NCBI GenBank assembly: GCA_017471825.1 | Contig: JAFURQ010000013.1 | Span: 13,096 to 77,095 of the forward strand | DNA length: 64,000 nucleotides | Reading direction: 5' to 3' | Source: Clostridia bacterium | Lineage (GTDB): Bacteria; Bacillota; Clostridia; Oscillospirales; CAG-272 | Part shown: positions 7,933 through 17,614 of the stretch, piece by piece | Position numbering within the stretch: the stretch's first letter is position 1 | Layout: each line of letters starts with the position of its first letter | The notes under the pieces: generated by a model | The model's input: only the letters and a program-made list of their open reading frames with translations | Told to the model about the DNA's origin: nothing | Databases searched by the model: none | Program-made: the position numbers and the translations under genes

Positions 7933-9534
7933 ATGAGCAACGACAACAAAATGACAAACATATATACGGGCTACACCCTCGGTGATCTCGTATCCTATGA
8001 GGGAAGTGAGCCCTACATATTCATAAGCTATTCTCATGCTGATACCGATGAGGTATACTCCTTCTTGAAGTACATAGAGAGGGAAAAATTCAGATTCTGG
8101 TATGACGATACTATGGAAATCGGCGAGGATTTCCGCGAGGAGCTCCGTACCAAAATCGAGGGCTGCAGTGCATTTCTCCTCTTCATTTCGAAGGCATCTA
8201 TGAATTCCAAGTATTGCGGAATGGAGATTATCACCGCATATAAGAACAACAAAAAGATTTACCCTATATACCTTGACGAAAACGTTGAAATCCCCCCGGC
8301 GTTCAAGATGATTCTTGAAAACATACAGCACGTTAAGGGCTATTCCAGCTCAGGAATGGAAAAATACGTACAGAAGCTCATAACCGGACTTCCTATTGAG
8401 ACTATGAGAAGCCTTGAGGTTGAGGGCGACGTTCTTGTTAAGTGCAAGGACGGAAGCGATGCCATTACAATCCCCGGCGGTGTTAGGGTAATCGGCGAGA
8501 GCGCCTTCAAGAACTGTGAAAGACTCGTTAGGGTGAATTTTGGCGAGGAGGTTGAGGTAATTCGTCGCGAGGCATTCAGAGGATGCAAGAGCATAGAGGA
8601 AATCCACCTTCCCAAAAACGTCCGCTTCGTAGGCGACAGTACGTTCCGTGACTGCATAAGCCTCAAAAAGCTCGTCATCGACAACAAGGATATTGAGATC
8701 GGCGAGCGCGCATTCGAAAACTGTGCTCTGCTCTCGGAGGTATCCCTGAGAAATGAGATGAAGGAAATCTACGGCGGTGTATTCAACAGCTGTAAGTCGC
8801 TTGCTCATATAGATCTGCCCGAGATGCTCACGATACTTGGTGAGAGCTGCTTTGCCGACTGTATCGCACTCAAGGAGGTTAAAATTCCCTCCAAGGTAAC
8901 GAAGATAGACGACATTGCCTTCAACGGCTGTATCGAGCTTGAAAACGTCATCCTTCCCGAAAATCTTCTTAAAATAGGAAAGAGCACGTTCAAGGATTGC
9001 TCCTCTCTCAAATCGATTCATATTCCCGCTTCCCTTCTCAGCATTGGTTCGGGGCCCTTCCGCGGCTGTACTAACCTCGAAAGCATTGAGGTTGATCCCA
9101 AAAACCGCGCGTTCAAGTCGGTAGACAACGTTCTGTTCAACAAGAACAAATCGATACTCGTATCCTACCCTCCAAAGCTTCCCGCGGAGGAATACTCCAT
9201 TCCGGACTCCGTCGTAACCATCAGCGACTGGGCGTTCTGCGGATGCACTAATCTGAAGAGAATAGAAATCCCCGACAGCGTATCGGAGATCGGCGAGGGC
9301 GCATTCTATATGTGCGAAAACCTCGAGGAGCTCATCATTCCCGATTCGGTTGTGAAGATTGACGATATCGCATTCCGCGGATGCGTTTCGCTCAAAAGAA
9401 TAGTAATGCCGGACTCGGTAAGAGAATTCGGATGGGGACTTTTCAACGGCGACGGAAAGCTCACCGTTGAATGCTCCGACGATTCCCCTGCCGCAAAATA
9501 TTGCGAGACCAAATATTCGCATCCGGTTGATTAA
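7933..9534 (+). CDS. Cytoplasmic TIR-domain protein fused to 12 BspA-type leucine-rich repeats
   Basis: N-terminus PYIFISYSHADTDEVYSFLKYIEREKFRFWYDD...FLLFISKASMNSKYCGMEI (TIR_2-like). Then 12 repeats of xIGxxAFxxCxxL (LRR_5). GGAGGA RBS. No signal peptide. Confidence 0.85.
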   Translation: MSNDNKMTNIYTGYTLGDLVSYEGSEPYIFISYSHADTDEVYSFLKYIEREKFRFWYDDTMEIGEDFREELRTKIEGCSAFLLFISKASMNSKYCGMEIITAYKNNKKIYPIYLDENVEIPPAFKMILENIQHVKGYSSSGMEKYVQKLITGLPIETMRSLEVEGDVLVKCKDGSDAITIPGGVRVIGESAFKNCERLVRVNFGEEVEVIRREAFRGCKSIEEIHLPKNVRFVGDSTFRDCISLKKLVIDNKDIEIGERAFENCALLSEVSLRNEMKEIYGGVFNSCKSLAHIDLPEMLTILGESCFADCIALKEVKIPSKVTKIDDIAFNGCIELENVILPENLLKIGKSTFKDCSSLKSIHIPASLLSIGSGPFRGCTNLESIEVDPKNRAFKSVDNVLFNKNKSILVSYPPKLPAEEYSIPDSVVTISDWAFCGCTNLKRIEIPDSVSEIGEGAFYMCENLEELIIPDSVVKIDDIAFRGCVSLKRIVMPDSVREFGWGLFNGDGKLTVECSDDSPAAKYCETKYSHPVD

Positions 9535-9544
9535 AGAAATAAAA

Positions 9545-9570
9545 AACGGTATGGTTGATCCCATACCGTT
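9545..9570. terminator. Bidirectional terminator between convergent genes
   Basis: AACGGTATGG-N6-CCATACCGTT flanked by an A-run and a T-run. Confidence 0.75.
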
Positions 9571-9585
9571 TTTTGTATTTTTGAG

Positions 9586-11505
9586 TTATTTCAGAACTAT
9601 AAGCCTATGAAGGCTGAACGGAGATAATTCCAACGTTACCTTGTTTCCGTCACAGGCAAAGCTTACGGGCGTGCCGTCGGGCTCTACCGCCACGGAGGTT
9701 ATTTTTCTGTCTGTGCTTACCTCAATTTTCACGTCGTGAAGGGTGGGAAAATCGGGAAGCAGGCATACATTGCCGCGATTTACAGGCGGCGCATAGAGAA
9801 GGTGGAGTGCGAGGAAGGCACCGTCCTTTTCCTCTCTTAATCTCACTCTTGCGCAGGAAGGAAGTCCGCTTGCGACGATGCCGCGCTCATACACCTCGTC
9901 AATGCCCTTGATTATATACTTTTCAAGAAGATAATTACCCGAATTATTGTAAGCCTTGAATACAGGATGTGCGAAGTATATCACGCCGCCACGCTTTACG
10001 AGCGCGGGATATTCCGCCGCTTCGGTTTTGTTCGGTGTGTTTTTGTGACCGCAAAAATGTCCGTGAGTGCGGTTGAAATACGGCTCGTAGACCTCTGCCA
10101 AGGCTTCGCCGTCGCAGCTTACGCGATAGGCGTGAGAATAGGAAAGAAACGGAGTTTTGCACTCCTCAAGGTCGCATCTTATGTAGTCGAGATCATACTC
10201 GGAGGGAGCAATTTTGAAAATTCCAAGCTCATCAAATGCGCTATCGTAGCTTGCCACTATTTTTCCGCCGTTTTCCGCGAAAGCTGAAAGCACGCATTTA
10301 TCCTCGTCGGAAAGCTTAACGTAATCGGGGAGAATTATGCAGTTGTATTTTTCAAGATTGTCGCCTGAGCCGACTACGTCAAATTCAAGGTGCATTATCT
10401 GCAAAAGCTTCGCGGCGCCCATATCGGAATCGCTGTTATGGCTCAACCAAATTGCTATATCCGTATATGCTTCCGTATTTTCAGAATACTTCTCAATTTT
10501 CCTCGTGTAGTCGAATGCGTATCCGATCAAGCCGTATGTGCTCTCATCAAGAGCTCCGCACGGATGAAGATGGTCGCCGACCGAAATCGACGCGCCAACG
10601 CTGAGCATATCCGCGCACTCGTATTTTAAGGCATCGCGGCTCTTGAAGCCACCGAACTCGCCCCACGCGTGATGGAATTTTCCCGTCATACCAAGGAAAT
10701 GCTTTCCGTACTTTTCAAAGAACTTTGCACGCAGGGGCATAAGGTCGTAGCCACCCCACGCCGTAGGAAGATCCTCGAGCTCAAAGTGGGTCTGATACGG
10801 GTGAAATTCAGTGCGGTTCATATCGGCGCCGCCGTTATAAAACACGGGTGCATCCGGACTGTAGCTATGCACGATTCCGGTGAGCTTCTTCATCATTTCG
10901 ATTCTGCCCTGCGAATAATAACGCTTGGCGTCCTCGTAGCTCTCGGGATCGAGCCCCGCGCGCTTCATTCCCTCACGGCAGCTCTTGCATCCGCACGCCA
11001 CGTTGATGAAGCATATATCGTAAAATATACCGTCCGAGACGTCAAATTTTTGACACACCTCGTGCGTTACAGCCTCAAGATAATTCAAATAATCTCCCAA
11101 CGGGCAAAGCGCGGTCCATGAGCAGTCTCCGATGGGCTCGTCGGGATCGTCCGAGGGCTCCGAATTCATATAAAAAGGCTTGTTTGTCTTAAAGTTTATC
11201 TGATGCCATTCGGGGTGATCGTCCGCATCCTTTTTGCTCCAGCCGATCGGTATATAAATCGGTGCCTTTGCTCCTGCGGCGTGTATTGCCTCAATCTCCT
11301 CCTTCAGAAGATTAAAGGTAAGTCCGGGATGCATAGTGCCGACCTCTGTGGGATAGTAGGAATATCCGTGATGGCATTTTGCAAATACGGTCATAAGGTC
11401 GATATTCGCCGCTTTTATCATAGCGGTAAAGGCCTCTTTGTCAAAGCTTTTACCTATTCCCGATATATCGGGCGAGGTGTGAAAATCAAGATGTACGCAA
11501 TTCAT
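9586..11505 (-). CDS. Putative glycoside hydrolase (GHL6 / GH42-like TIM-barrel with trimerisation-like C-terminus)
   Basis: MNCVHLDFHTSPDISGIGKSFDKEAFTAMIKAANIDLMTVFAKCHHGYSYYPT matches the hypothetical-glycosyl-hydrolase-6 N-terminus. Start at ATG 11505 with an AGAGGAAG RBS. Confidence 0.55.
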   Translation of the reverse strand: MNCVHLDFHTSPDISGIGKSFDKEAFTAMIKAANIDLMTVFAKCHHGYSYYPTEVGTMHPGLTFNLLKEEIEAIHAAGAKAPIYIPIGWSKKDADDHPEWHQINFKTNKPFYMNSEPSDDPDEPIGDCSWTALCPLGDYLNYLEAVTHEVCQKFDVSDGIFYDICFINVACGCKSCREGMKRAGLDPESYEDAKRYYSQGRIEMMKKLTGIVHSYSPDAPVFYNGGADMNRTEFHPYQTHFELEDLPTAWGGYDLMPLRAKFFEKYGKHFLGMTGKFHHAWGEFGGFKSRDALKYECADMLSVGASISVGDHLHPCGALDESTYGLIGYAFDYTRKIEKYSENTEAYTDIAIWLSHNSDSDMGAAKLLQIMHLEFDVVGSGDNLEKYNCIILPDYVKLSDEDKCVLSAFAENGGKIVASYDSAFDELGIFKIAPSEYDLDYIRCDLEECKTPFLSYSHAYRVSCDGEALAEVYEPYFNRTHGHFCGHKNTPNKTEAAEYPALVKRGGVIYFAHPVFKAYNNSGNYLLEKYIIKGIDEVYERGIVASGLPSCARVRLREEKDGAFLALHLLYAPPVNRGNVCLLPDFPTLHDVKIEVSTDRKITSVAVEPDGTPVSFACDGNKVTLELSPFSLHRLIVLK

Positions 11506-11672
11506 ATTCTTCCTCTTTTTATGCACAATATTTAAAAGATTCGATGCTACATTATCAATTTTATCTTATAATATTTACATTGTCAATTATTTTTCAAAAA
11601 ATCTATTTTATTTTCTTTTTTAATATGCTATAATTTATGTATTAAAGTTATTCAGACACATATGTTCACTTT

Positions 11673-13406
11673 TTGGAGGACGATTTGAAAAAGCTATTGA
11701 AATACATACGGGGATATATCCCCGAGGCTATATTCGGTCCTATACTCAAGCTGTGTGAGGCAACGCTTGAGCTTATAGTGCCGCTGATAATCGCCGCAAT
11801 TATCGACGGCGGCATTAATAAGGGCGACACGGGCTACGCGGTCAGAATGAGTCTGTGGCTGCTCCTTCTCGGTGCCGCAGGTCTTGCCTTTTCGGTTACT
11901 GCGCAGTATTTTTCCGCGAAGGCGGCGGTTGGCTTTGTTACAAAAATGCGCTCCGCACTTTTTGCGCATATTGGAACACTCTCTTATTCCGAGATAGACA
12001 AGCTTGGCCCCTCAACTATGATAACGAGAATGACCTCGGACTCAAATCAGGTTCAGACGGGAATAAATCTCACGCTTCGCCTTTTGCTCCGCTCTCCGTT
12101 CGTTGTTTTCGGTGCTATGATAATGGCGTTTACCATCGATTCGGGAACGGCGGGAATTTTTGCCATAACTATCGGAGCTCTTTCGGTTGTTGTTTTCGGC
12201 ATAATGCTTATCTCCATTCCCCTTTACAAAAAGGTGCAGTCCGGTGTTGACGGAGTGGTTGTGAAAACTCGTGAAAATCTGTCCGGAGCAAGAGTTATAC
12301 GCGCCTTTTGCAAGGAGGACAGCGAGCAGGCGGATTTCCGCAAAAGGAGCAATCAGCTTTCGTCCTCGCAAAAATTCGTTGGCAGAATTTCGGCACTTAT
12401 GAACCCTGTGACGTACATAATTATTAACGTTGCAATCGTCGTTTTAATTTACACGGGTGCCATCGAGGTTGATTCAGGCGACCTTACAAACGGTCAGGTC
12501 GTGGCTCTTTATAACTATATGTCGCAAATCCTCGTTGAGCTTATTAAGCTCGCGAGCCTCATCATAACAATTACAAAATCGGTAGCCTCTGCGGGACGTA
12601 TCAGCTCTGTTTTTGATATTCAATCCTCAATTAACGAGGGCACCGAGGAGCAGATACCCGAAAATTCCGAATATGCAGTTGAGTTTGACGGTGTATCCCT
12701 GGTGTACGGGGGTGCCGGCGATGCCTCGCTTTCGGATATTTCCTTTAAGGTAAAACGTGGAGAAACGGTTGGAATTATCGGCGGAACAGGCTCGGGAAAG
12801 AGCTCGCTCGTAAATCTTATCCCCCGATTCTACGATGCAACCGAGGGTAGCGTAAGTCTATTTGGTATCAACGTTAAAAATTACACCGAGGATACTCTTC
12901 GCGATGCGATAGGAATTGTACCGCAGACGGCGGTGCTATTTGCGGGAACGATTCGTGACAATATGCGCTTCGGCAACGAGGACGCAACCGATGAGCAAAT
13001 CTGGCGCGCGCTTGAGATAGCGCAGGCGGCAGACGTCGTGCGCGACAAGGGCGGACTTGACGCCAGAGTTGAGCAGGGCGGAAAAAATCTTTCCGGAGGA
13101 CAGCGTCAAAGACTCACCATTGCCCGTGCGATTGTAAAAAGCCCCGATATTTTAATTCTCGACGATTCTGCCTCGGCGCTTGATTTTGCAACCGATGCCG
13201 CGCTTCGCTCCGCTATAAGAAGCATGGACGGAGATACGACGGTATTTATCGTTTCACAGCGTGCCGCGGGCGTTATGTATGCCGACCGTATAATCGTGCT
13301 CGACGACGGAGAGGCAAGCGGCATAGGACGGCACGAGGAGCTTATCAAGGATAACTCGGTTTATCGCGAGATATACGCATCTCAGTTCAAGGAGGAGGTG
13401 CAGTAA
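11673..13406 (+). CDS. ABC exporter, fused permease/ATPase (heterodimer subunit 1)
   Basis: Six-TM N-terminal half. Walker A GGTGSGKSS, signature LSGGQRQR, Walker B ILILDD. Start uncertain (TTG 11673 or TTG 11685 just after GGAGGA). Confidence 0.9.
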   Translation: MEDDLKKLLKYIRGYIPEAIFGPILKLCEATLELIVPLIIAAIIDGGINKGDTGYAVRMSLWLLLLGAAGLAFSVTAQYFSAKAAVGFVTKMRSALFAHIGTLSYSEIDKLGPSTMITRMTSDSNQVQTGINLTLRLLLRSPFVVFGAMIMAFTIDSGTAGIFAITIGALSVVVFGIMLISIPLYKKVQSGVDGVVVKTRENLSGARVIRAFCKEDSEQADFRKRSNQLSSSQKFVGRISALMNPVTYIIINVAIVVLIYTGAIEVDSGDLTNGQVVALYNYMSQILVELIKLASLIITITKSVASAGRISSVFDIQSSINEGTEEQIPENSEYAVEFDGVSLVYGGAGDASLSDISFKVKRGETVGIIGGTGSGKSSLVNLIPRFYDATEGSVSLFGINVKNYTEDTLRDAIGIVPQTAVLFAGTIRDNMRFGNEDATDEQIWRALEIAQAADVVRDKGGLDARVEQGGKNLSGGQRQRLTIARAIVKSPDILILDDSASALDFATDAALRSAIRSMDGDTTVFIVSQRAAGVMYADRIIVLDDGEASGIGRHEELIKDNSVYREIYASQFKEEVQ

Positions 13407-15145
13407 TGAAAAAGAGTAACACCTTAAAAAGAGTATTAAAATACATAGGAAAATACAAAATACTCCTACCCGTGTCAATTTTTTTGGCTCTTGTCACGGT
13501 TTCCCTCACTCTTTACGTGCCAATTCTTATCGGTGATGCAATCGACCTTATGATAGGAAAGGGGCAGGTTGATATTGCTGCCGTTGTGAAAATTTTATCC
13601 GTGGCGGCTATACTTATCGGGATAACTGCGCTTTCGCAGTGGCTTATGAGTATGATCAATAACAGGGTTGCATACAACGTTGCAAACGACGTAAGAAACG
13701 ATGCCTTTGCAAAAATAGAAAAGCTCCCTCTCTCCTACATTGACTCGCACTCACACGGAGATTTGCTCTCGCGTGCCATAAACGATACGGAGCAGTTCTG
13801 CGACGGACTTTTACTTGGTTTTACACAGCTTTTCACGGGAATTATAACGATTCTCGGAACACTCGCGCTTCTTTTGGCGCTTGAATGGCGAATTGCCATA
13901 GTTGTTGTGGTGCTTACTCCTCTTTCGCTCTTCGTTGCAAGATTTATAGCGAAGCGCACCTTCAATATGTTTAAGGAGCAGTCGCAGGTAAAGGGTGAGC
14001 AAACCGCCCTGATAAACGAAATGGTTGGTAACCAGAAAATCGTCAAGGCATTCGGCTACGAGGACCGTGCGAGCGAAAGATTTGATGACGTTAACGAGCG
14101 GCTTGAAAAGTGCTCGCTCCGCGCGATATTCTTCTCTTCCCTCGTCAACCCCACGACCAGATTTGTTAACAGCGTTGTTTACGCCGCCGTTGCTCTGACG
14201 GGCGCACTTATTGCGATTGCCTCGGGCGGCGCGTTTACGGTCGGTACCCTTTCCGTGCTTCTTTCGTATGCAAATCAGTACACGAAGCCATTTAACGAGA
14301 TTTCAGGCGTTATCACCGAATTTCAGAATTCTCTTGCCTCGGCACAGCGTGTTTTTGAGCTTATAGATGCCGAAAACGAGCCATCCGACGAAGACGGCGA
14401 GACGCTTGGCTTGGCTACGGGAGAAATTGCAATCGAGGGTGTTTCCTTCTCGTACGTTCCCGAAAAGCCACTCATACGCGATTTGAATCTCAACGTGCAT
14501 CCGGGCGAAATGGTAGCAATTGTCGGCCCTACGGGATGCGGAAAAACCACTCTTATAAATCTGCTTATGCGCTTTTACGACGTCAATACGGGCACGATTT
14601 CGGTTGACGGTAAAAGTATATCAACGTTAACGCGCAAAAGCCTGCGTAAAAACTACGGTATGGTGCTTCAGGACACCTGGATGCGCGCGGGAACGATAAA
14701 GGAAAATATTGCCCTCGGAAAGCCCGATGCAACCGACGAGGAAATAATCGCGGCGGCAAAGGCGGCGCACGCGCACAGCTTTATAAAGCGATTGAGCAAT
14801 GGCTACGATACCGTTATCGGCGAGGACGGCGGAAACCTTTCGCAAGGACAAAGACAGCTTATTTCCATTGCCCGCGTTATGCTCGTTCTGCCCCCGATGC
14901 TTATACTTGACGAGGCTACCTCATCAATAGATACGCGTACCGAAATGAAGATTCAGGAGGCGTTCCACACTATGATGACGGGACGCACGAGCTTTATCGT
15001 AGCGCACAGGCTTTCCACCGTTAAGGAGGCCGACGTTATTCTCGTGATGAAGGACGGAAATATTATTGAGCAGGGCACTCACGCCGAGCTTCTTGACAGG
15101 CGCGGCTTCTATTACGAGCTTTACAACAGCCAATTCGCTCACTGA
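13406..15145 (+). CDS. ABC exporter, fused permease/ATPase (heterodimer subunit 2)
   Basis: GPTGCGKTT, LSQGQRQL, MLILDEATS. The ATG overlaps the upstream stop (TAATG). Confidence 0.9.
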   Translation: MKKSNTLKRVLKYIGKYKILLPVSIFLALVTVSLTLYVPILIGDAIDLMIGKGQVDIAAVVKILSVAAILIGITALSQWLMSMINNRVAYNVANDVRNDAFAKIEKLPLSYIDSHSHGDLLSRAINDTEQFCDGLLLGFTQLFTGIITILGTLALLLALEWRIAIVVVVLTPLSLFVARFIAKRTFNMFKEQSQVKGEQTALINEMVGNQKIVKAFGYEDRASERFDDVNERLEKCSLRAIFFSSLVNPTTRFVNSVVYAAVALTGALIAIASGGAFTVGTLSVLLSYANQYTKPFNEISGVITEFQNSLASAQRVFELIDAENEPSDEDGETLGLATGEIAIEGVSFSYVPEKPLIRDLNLNVHPGEMVAIVGPTGCGKTTLINLLMRFYDVNTGTISVDGKSISTLTRKSLRKNYGMVLQDTWMRAGTIKENIALGKPDATDEEIIAAAKAAHAHSFIKRLSNGYDTVIGEDGGNLSQGQRQLISIARVMLVLPPMLILDEATSSIDTRTEMKIQEAFHTMMTGRTSFIVAHRLSTVKEADVILVMKDGNIIEQGTHAELLDRRGFYYELYNSQFAH

Positions 15146-15187
15146 TACTTACAAAAAGCTTTTAAAACATAGAAAGGCGGTGTTTAT

Positions 15188-16177
15188 ATGGCGAGCATAC
15201 CTGAATACAGAAATATCTTTCACTGTGCTCTCAACGCTCTTGACGTCGATTCGCTCACAAGGCGCGAGCTGATTGACGAGATTTTACGTAAATTGGGACT
15301 GTCCGAGACCGAGATGAGTGACACGTCTATAAACTCGCGCCACTCTATACTCCGCTCGCAAATCGGCACGGTACTGAACGATATGGAAAGAAAATCCATC
15401 ATAAGACGTGACGACAGCGGTCGCTATCGGAAGCTTGAGGAGAAAATAATCGCAATTCGCGACGAAGAATGCGAGGAGGAGATTCTGAAGCTTGTCGAGG
15501 CATCACCGAAAACAAAGGCGGACATAAAGGATGCTCTGGTAAGCTTTTTTGGCACCGACACTACCCCGACCGTTAAGGATGACAATAGGCTTTTTACCTA
15601 TATGGGACAAATTCTCAAAAGGCTTGTGCTTGACGGGGTTTTGAAATTTGACGGTGCGCTATACTCGGTTGCTCCCGAAAAGAGCGCGTACATCAAGAAC
15701 CACACCGAAATGCTTGATTTAAAGGCAACCTTCCTCTCGCGCATACACTCGCGCGGCGGTGAATTTCTCGAGCATTATTTTCTCAATCTGTTGAAAAAAT
15801 ACCTCACTCTTATGGGAAAAACGGTTACAGAGGGCTACGTCACCGGCGGAGCCGCAGACGGCGGAATAGATGCCGTGGTGCGCACCATAGACTCGCTCGG
15901 ATTCAAGGAAACCATAATGGTGCAAACGAAAAACCGAAGCGAAACGACGACCGAGACCACGGTTCGCGGCTTTTACGGGGCGGTATGCGCTCAGCAGGGC
16001 TCGCGCGGAATCTTCGTTACTATATCCGATTTTCACCCCTCGGCTATCAAGCTGCTCAACTCAATAGATAACTGTGTCGGCATAAACGGCGACAAAATAT
16101 TTTCAATGGCGTGCGACACCTCGTACGGAATCAAGCGCGAGGGCGATAAGCTCACTATTGACAAAGAAATAATTTGA
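15188..16177 (+). CDS. Mrr-like (type IV) restriction endonuclease with N-terminal winged-helix region
   Basis: C-terminal core GGAADGGIDAVVRT...IMVQTKNRS...GIFVTISDF fits the Mrr_cat D...(E/Q)xK nuclease fold. The N-terminal ~170 aa are helix-rich and wHTH-like. Confidence 0.75.
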   Translation: MASIPEYRNIFHCALNALDVDSLTRRELIDEILRKLGLSETEMSDTSINSRHSILRSQIGTVLNDMERKSIIRRDDSGRYRKLEEKIIAIRDEECEEEILKLVEASPKTKADIKDALVSFFGTDTTPTVKDDNRLFTYMGQILKRLVLDGVLKFDGALYSVAPEKSAYIKNHTEMLDLKATFLSRIHSRGGEFLEHYFLNLLKKYLTLMGKTVTEGYVTGGAADGGIDAVVRTIDSLGFKETIMVQTKNRSETTTETTVRGFYGAVCAQQGSRGIFVTISDFHPSAIKLLNSIDNCVGINGDKIFSMACDTSYGIKREGDKLTIDKEII

Positions 16178-16191
16178 TTTTGGAGAAGGAT

Positions 16192-16701
16192 ATGACAGTA
16201 CAGGAAGCATACATACAAATAGATACTGCGATAGAAAAATACGTGCCACAGCTCCAAGAGCTCGGGCTCGTTGTAAAGAAGAGAATTTTTTACACGGACA
16301 AAAATCTCGTTCAGATGCAGGAATTTACCGACAAATCAATTCTCATATTCGGCGATATTGCCATCGGCTGTGAGGGTATGGAGGATGAGGATTTTTGCAA
16401 TTATTCCGTCTGTGCGGAAATAACCACCGCACTCGTAAAGGACGAGTCGCTTGAGAAAAATCTGGCTGAATTTAAAACCGAGCTTGATATGTTTCTCGAG
16501 AGAATCGGCAGTGCCGAAAATAGTGACGAATACGAAAAAATAATTGCCGAAATAACGAAGGAGCAGGAGGCTGAAGCCGAGGCAGCTGCGCTTGAATTTG
16601 CAAACGAAATGAAAAAGGCGCGCACAAAAATACTCATTGCTATCGGATCGCTTATTGCAGTGCTTGCTGTGATTGTTTTTGTAGCTCCGCTTCTGATTTG
16701 A
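16192..16701 (+). CDS. Hypothetical acidic protein with C-terminal TM anchor
   Basis: ORF track frame. ATG 16192 preceded by GGAGAAGG. Ends KILIAIGSLIAVLAVIVFVAPLLI. 14 nt after the Mrr-like stop. Confidence 0.5.
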   Translation: MTVQEAYIQIDTAIEKYVPQLQELGLVVKKRIFYTDKNLVQMQEFTDKSILIFGDIAIGCEGMEDEDFCNYSVCAEITTALVKDESLEKNLAEFKTELDMFLERIGSAENSDEYEKIIAEITKEQEAEAEAAALEFANEMKKARTKILIAIGSLIAVLAVIVFVAPLLI

Positions 16702-16705
16702 TGCT

Positions 16706-16909
16706 ATGGATTTTTCGAAATACGGACCAAAGCGGCAGGCAAGCTGTGAGAGCTGTGAGTTTTATCAATATGACGAGTACACCGATTCTTACAGCTGTAC
16801 TATGAATCTTGACGAGGACGAGATGGCAAGCTTTCTCGGCGGGCAAACAAACGGCTGTCACTACTACCGCTTCTATGATGAATATAAGAGCGTGCATAAG
16901 CAGATTTAA
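16706..16909 (+). CDS. Small Cys-rich protein (CxxC...C...C), unknown function
   Basis: 67-aa ORF starting 4 nt after the previous stop. Contains SCESCEFYQYDEYTDSYSCTMNLDEDEM...NGCHYYRFYDEY. Confidence 0.45.
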   Translation: MDFSKYGPKRQASCESCEFYQYDEYTDSYSCTMNLDEDEMASFLGGQTNGCHYYRFYDEYKSVHKQI

Positions 16910-17089
16910 CTACAAGAAAGTGCATATTTTTAGTTAAATCGCATATTTTTCTCCCTGTTTTTTATAACATCTCACAATTTTTTCAAAAAATTGAAAGTGA
17001 GAAAAAACGAGCATTCGCGAGAAAACAAGAGATTTTGGGAGGTTTGAAATTCTAAATCGATTTCTTCAAAAAAAGTTTTGCAAAAAGCA

Positions 17090-17118
17090 TTGACAACTCT
17101 GTATTTATATGGTATAAT
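17090..17118 (+). promoter_or_regulatory. Sigma-A-type promoter of rplM-rpsI
   Basis: TTGACA (17090-17095), 17-nt spacer, TGgTATAAT (extended -10, 17113-17118). Confidence 0.7.
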
Positions 17119-17170
17119 GACAAGGCTTGAAAATTCGTGCAAAACGATAACTAATTTGGAGGAAACAAAA

Positions 17171-17596
17171 ATGTCCACTTATATGGCAAACAAGAATACC
17201 ATCGAACGCAGATGGTTTGTTATTGATGCTGCCGGTAAGCCCCTTGGCAGAACTGCTGTTAAGGCTGCTACCATTCTTCGCGGCAAGCATCGTCCCGAGT
17301 TCACCCCCCATGCTGACTGCGGTGAGTTTGTTATCATCGTAAACGCATCTAAGGCTGTTCTCACCGGTAAGAAGCTTGATCAGAAGTTCTACCGTCATCA
17401 CTCCGGCTACATCGGTGGCCTTAAGGAAACCAGCTATAAGAAGATGATGGCTGAGCGTCCTGAAATGGCTATGGAGCTCGCAGTTAAGGGTATGCTTCCC
17501 CACAACTCTCTCGGTGCAAAGGCTTTCACTCGCCTTCACGTTTACGCAGGCGAAAATCACGAACAGGCTGCTCAGAAGCCCATCGTACTTGACTGA
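17171..17596 (+). CDS. rplM: 50S ribosomal protein L13
   Basis: [47 protein letters not shown]...[10 protein letters not shown] is the classic uL13 sequence. GGAGG RBS. Confidence 0.97.
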   Translation: MSTYMANKNTIERRWFVIDAAGKPLGRTAVKAATILRGKHRPEFTPHADCGEFVIIVNASKAVLTGKKLDQKFYRHHSGYIGGLKETSYKKMMAERPEMAMELAVKGMLPHNSLGAKAFTRLHVYAGENHEQAAQKPIVLD

Positions 17597-17614
17597 TAAG
17601 GGAGGAATTTGAAG

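Noticed and set aside
7933-9534. Thoeris-type system (ThsB TIR plus ThsA) around either TIR gene
   Set aside because: No SIR2-, SLOG- or Macro-domain partner is recognisable next to 7933-9534 or 61741-63141. The neighbours are a permease and glycosidase, and an AlkD-like gene and a GNAT, respectively.
8350-9564. 404-aa minus-strand ORF covering the TIR-LRR gene
   Set aside because: It is antisense to a gene with clear domain content, has no RBS and a low-complexity product. It is an open shadow frame caused by the periodic LRR codons.
16910-17170. Ribosomal-protein L13 leader RNA upstream of rplM
   Set aside because: The consensus promoter at 17090-17118 leaves only a ~50-nt unstructured leader, and I could not see a conserved structure.
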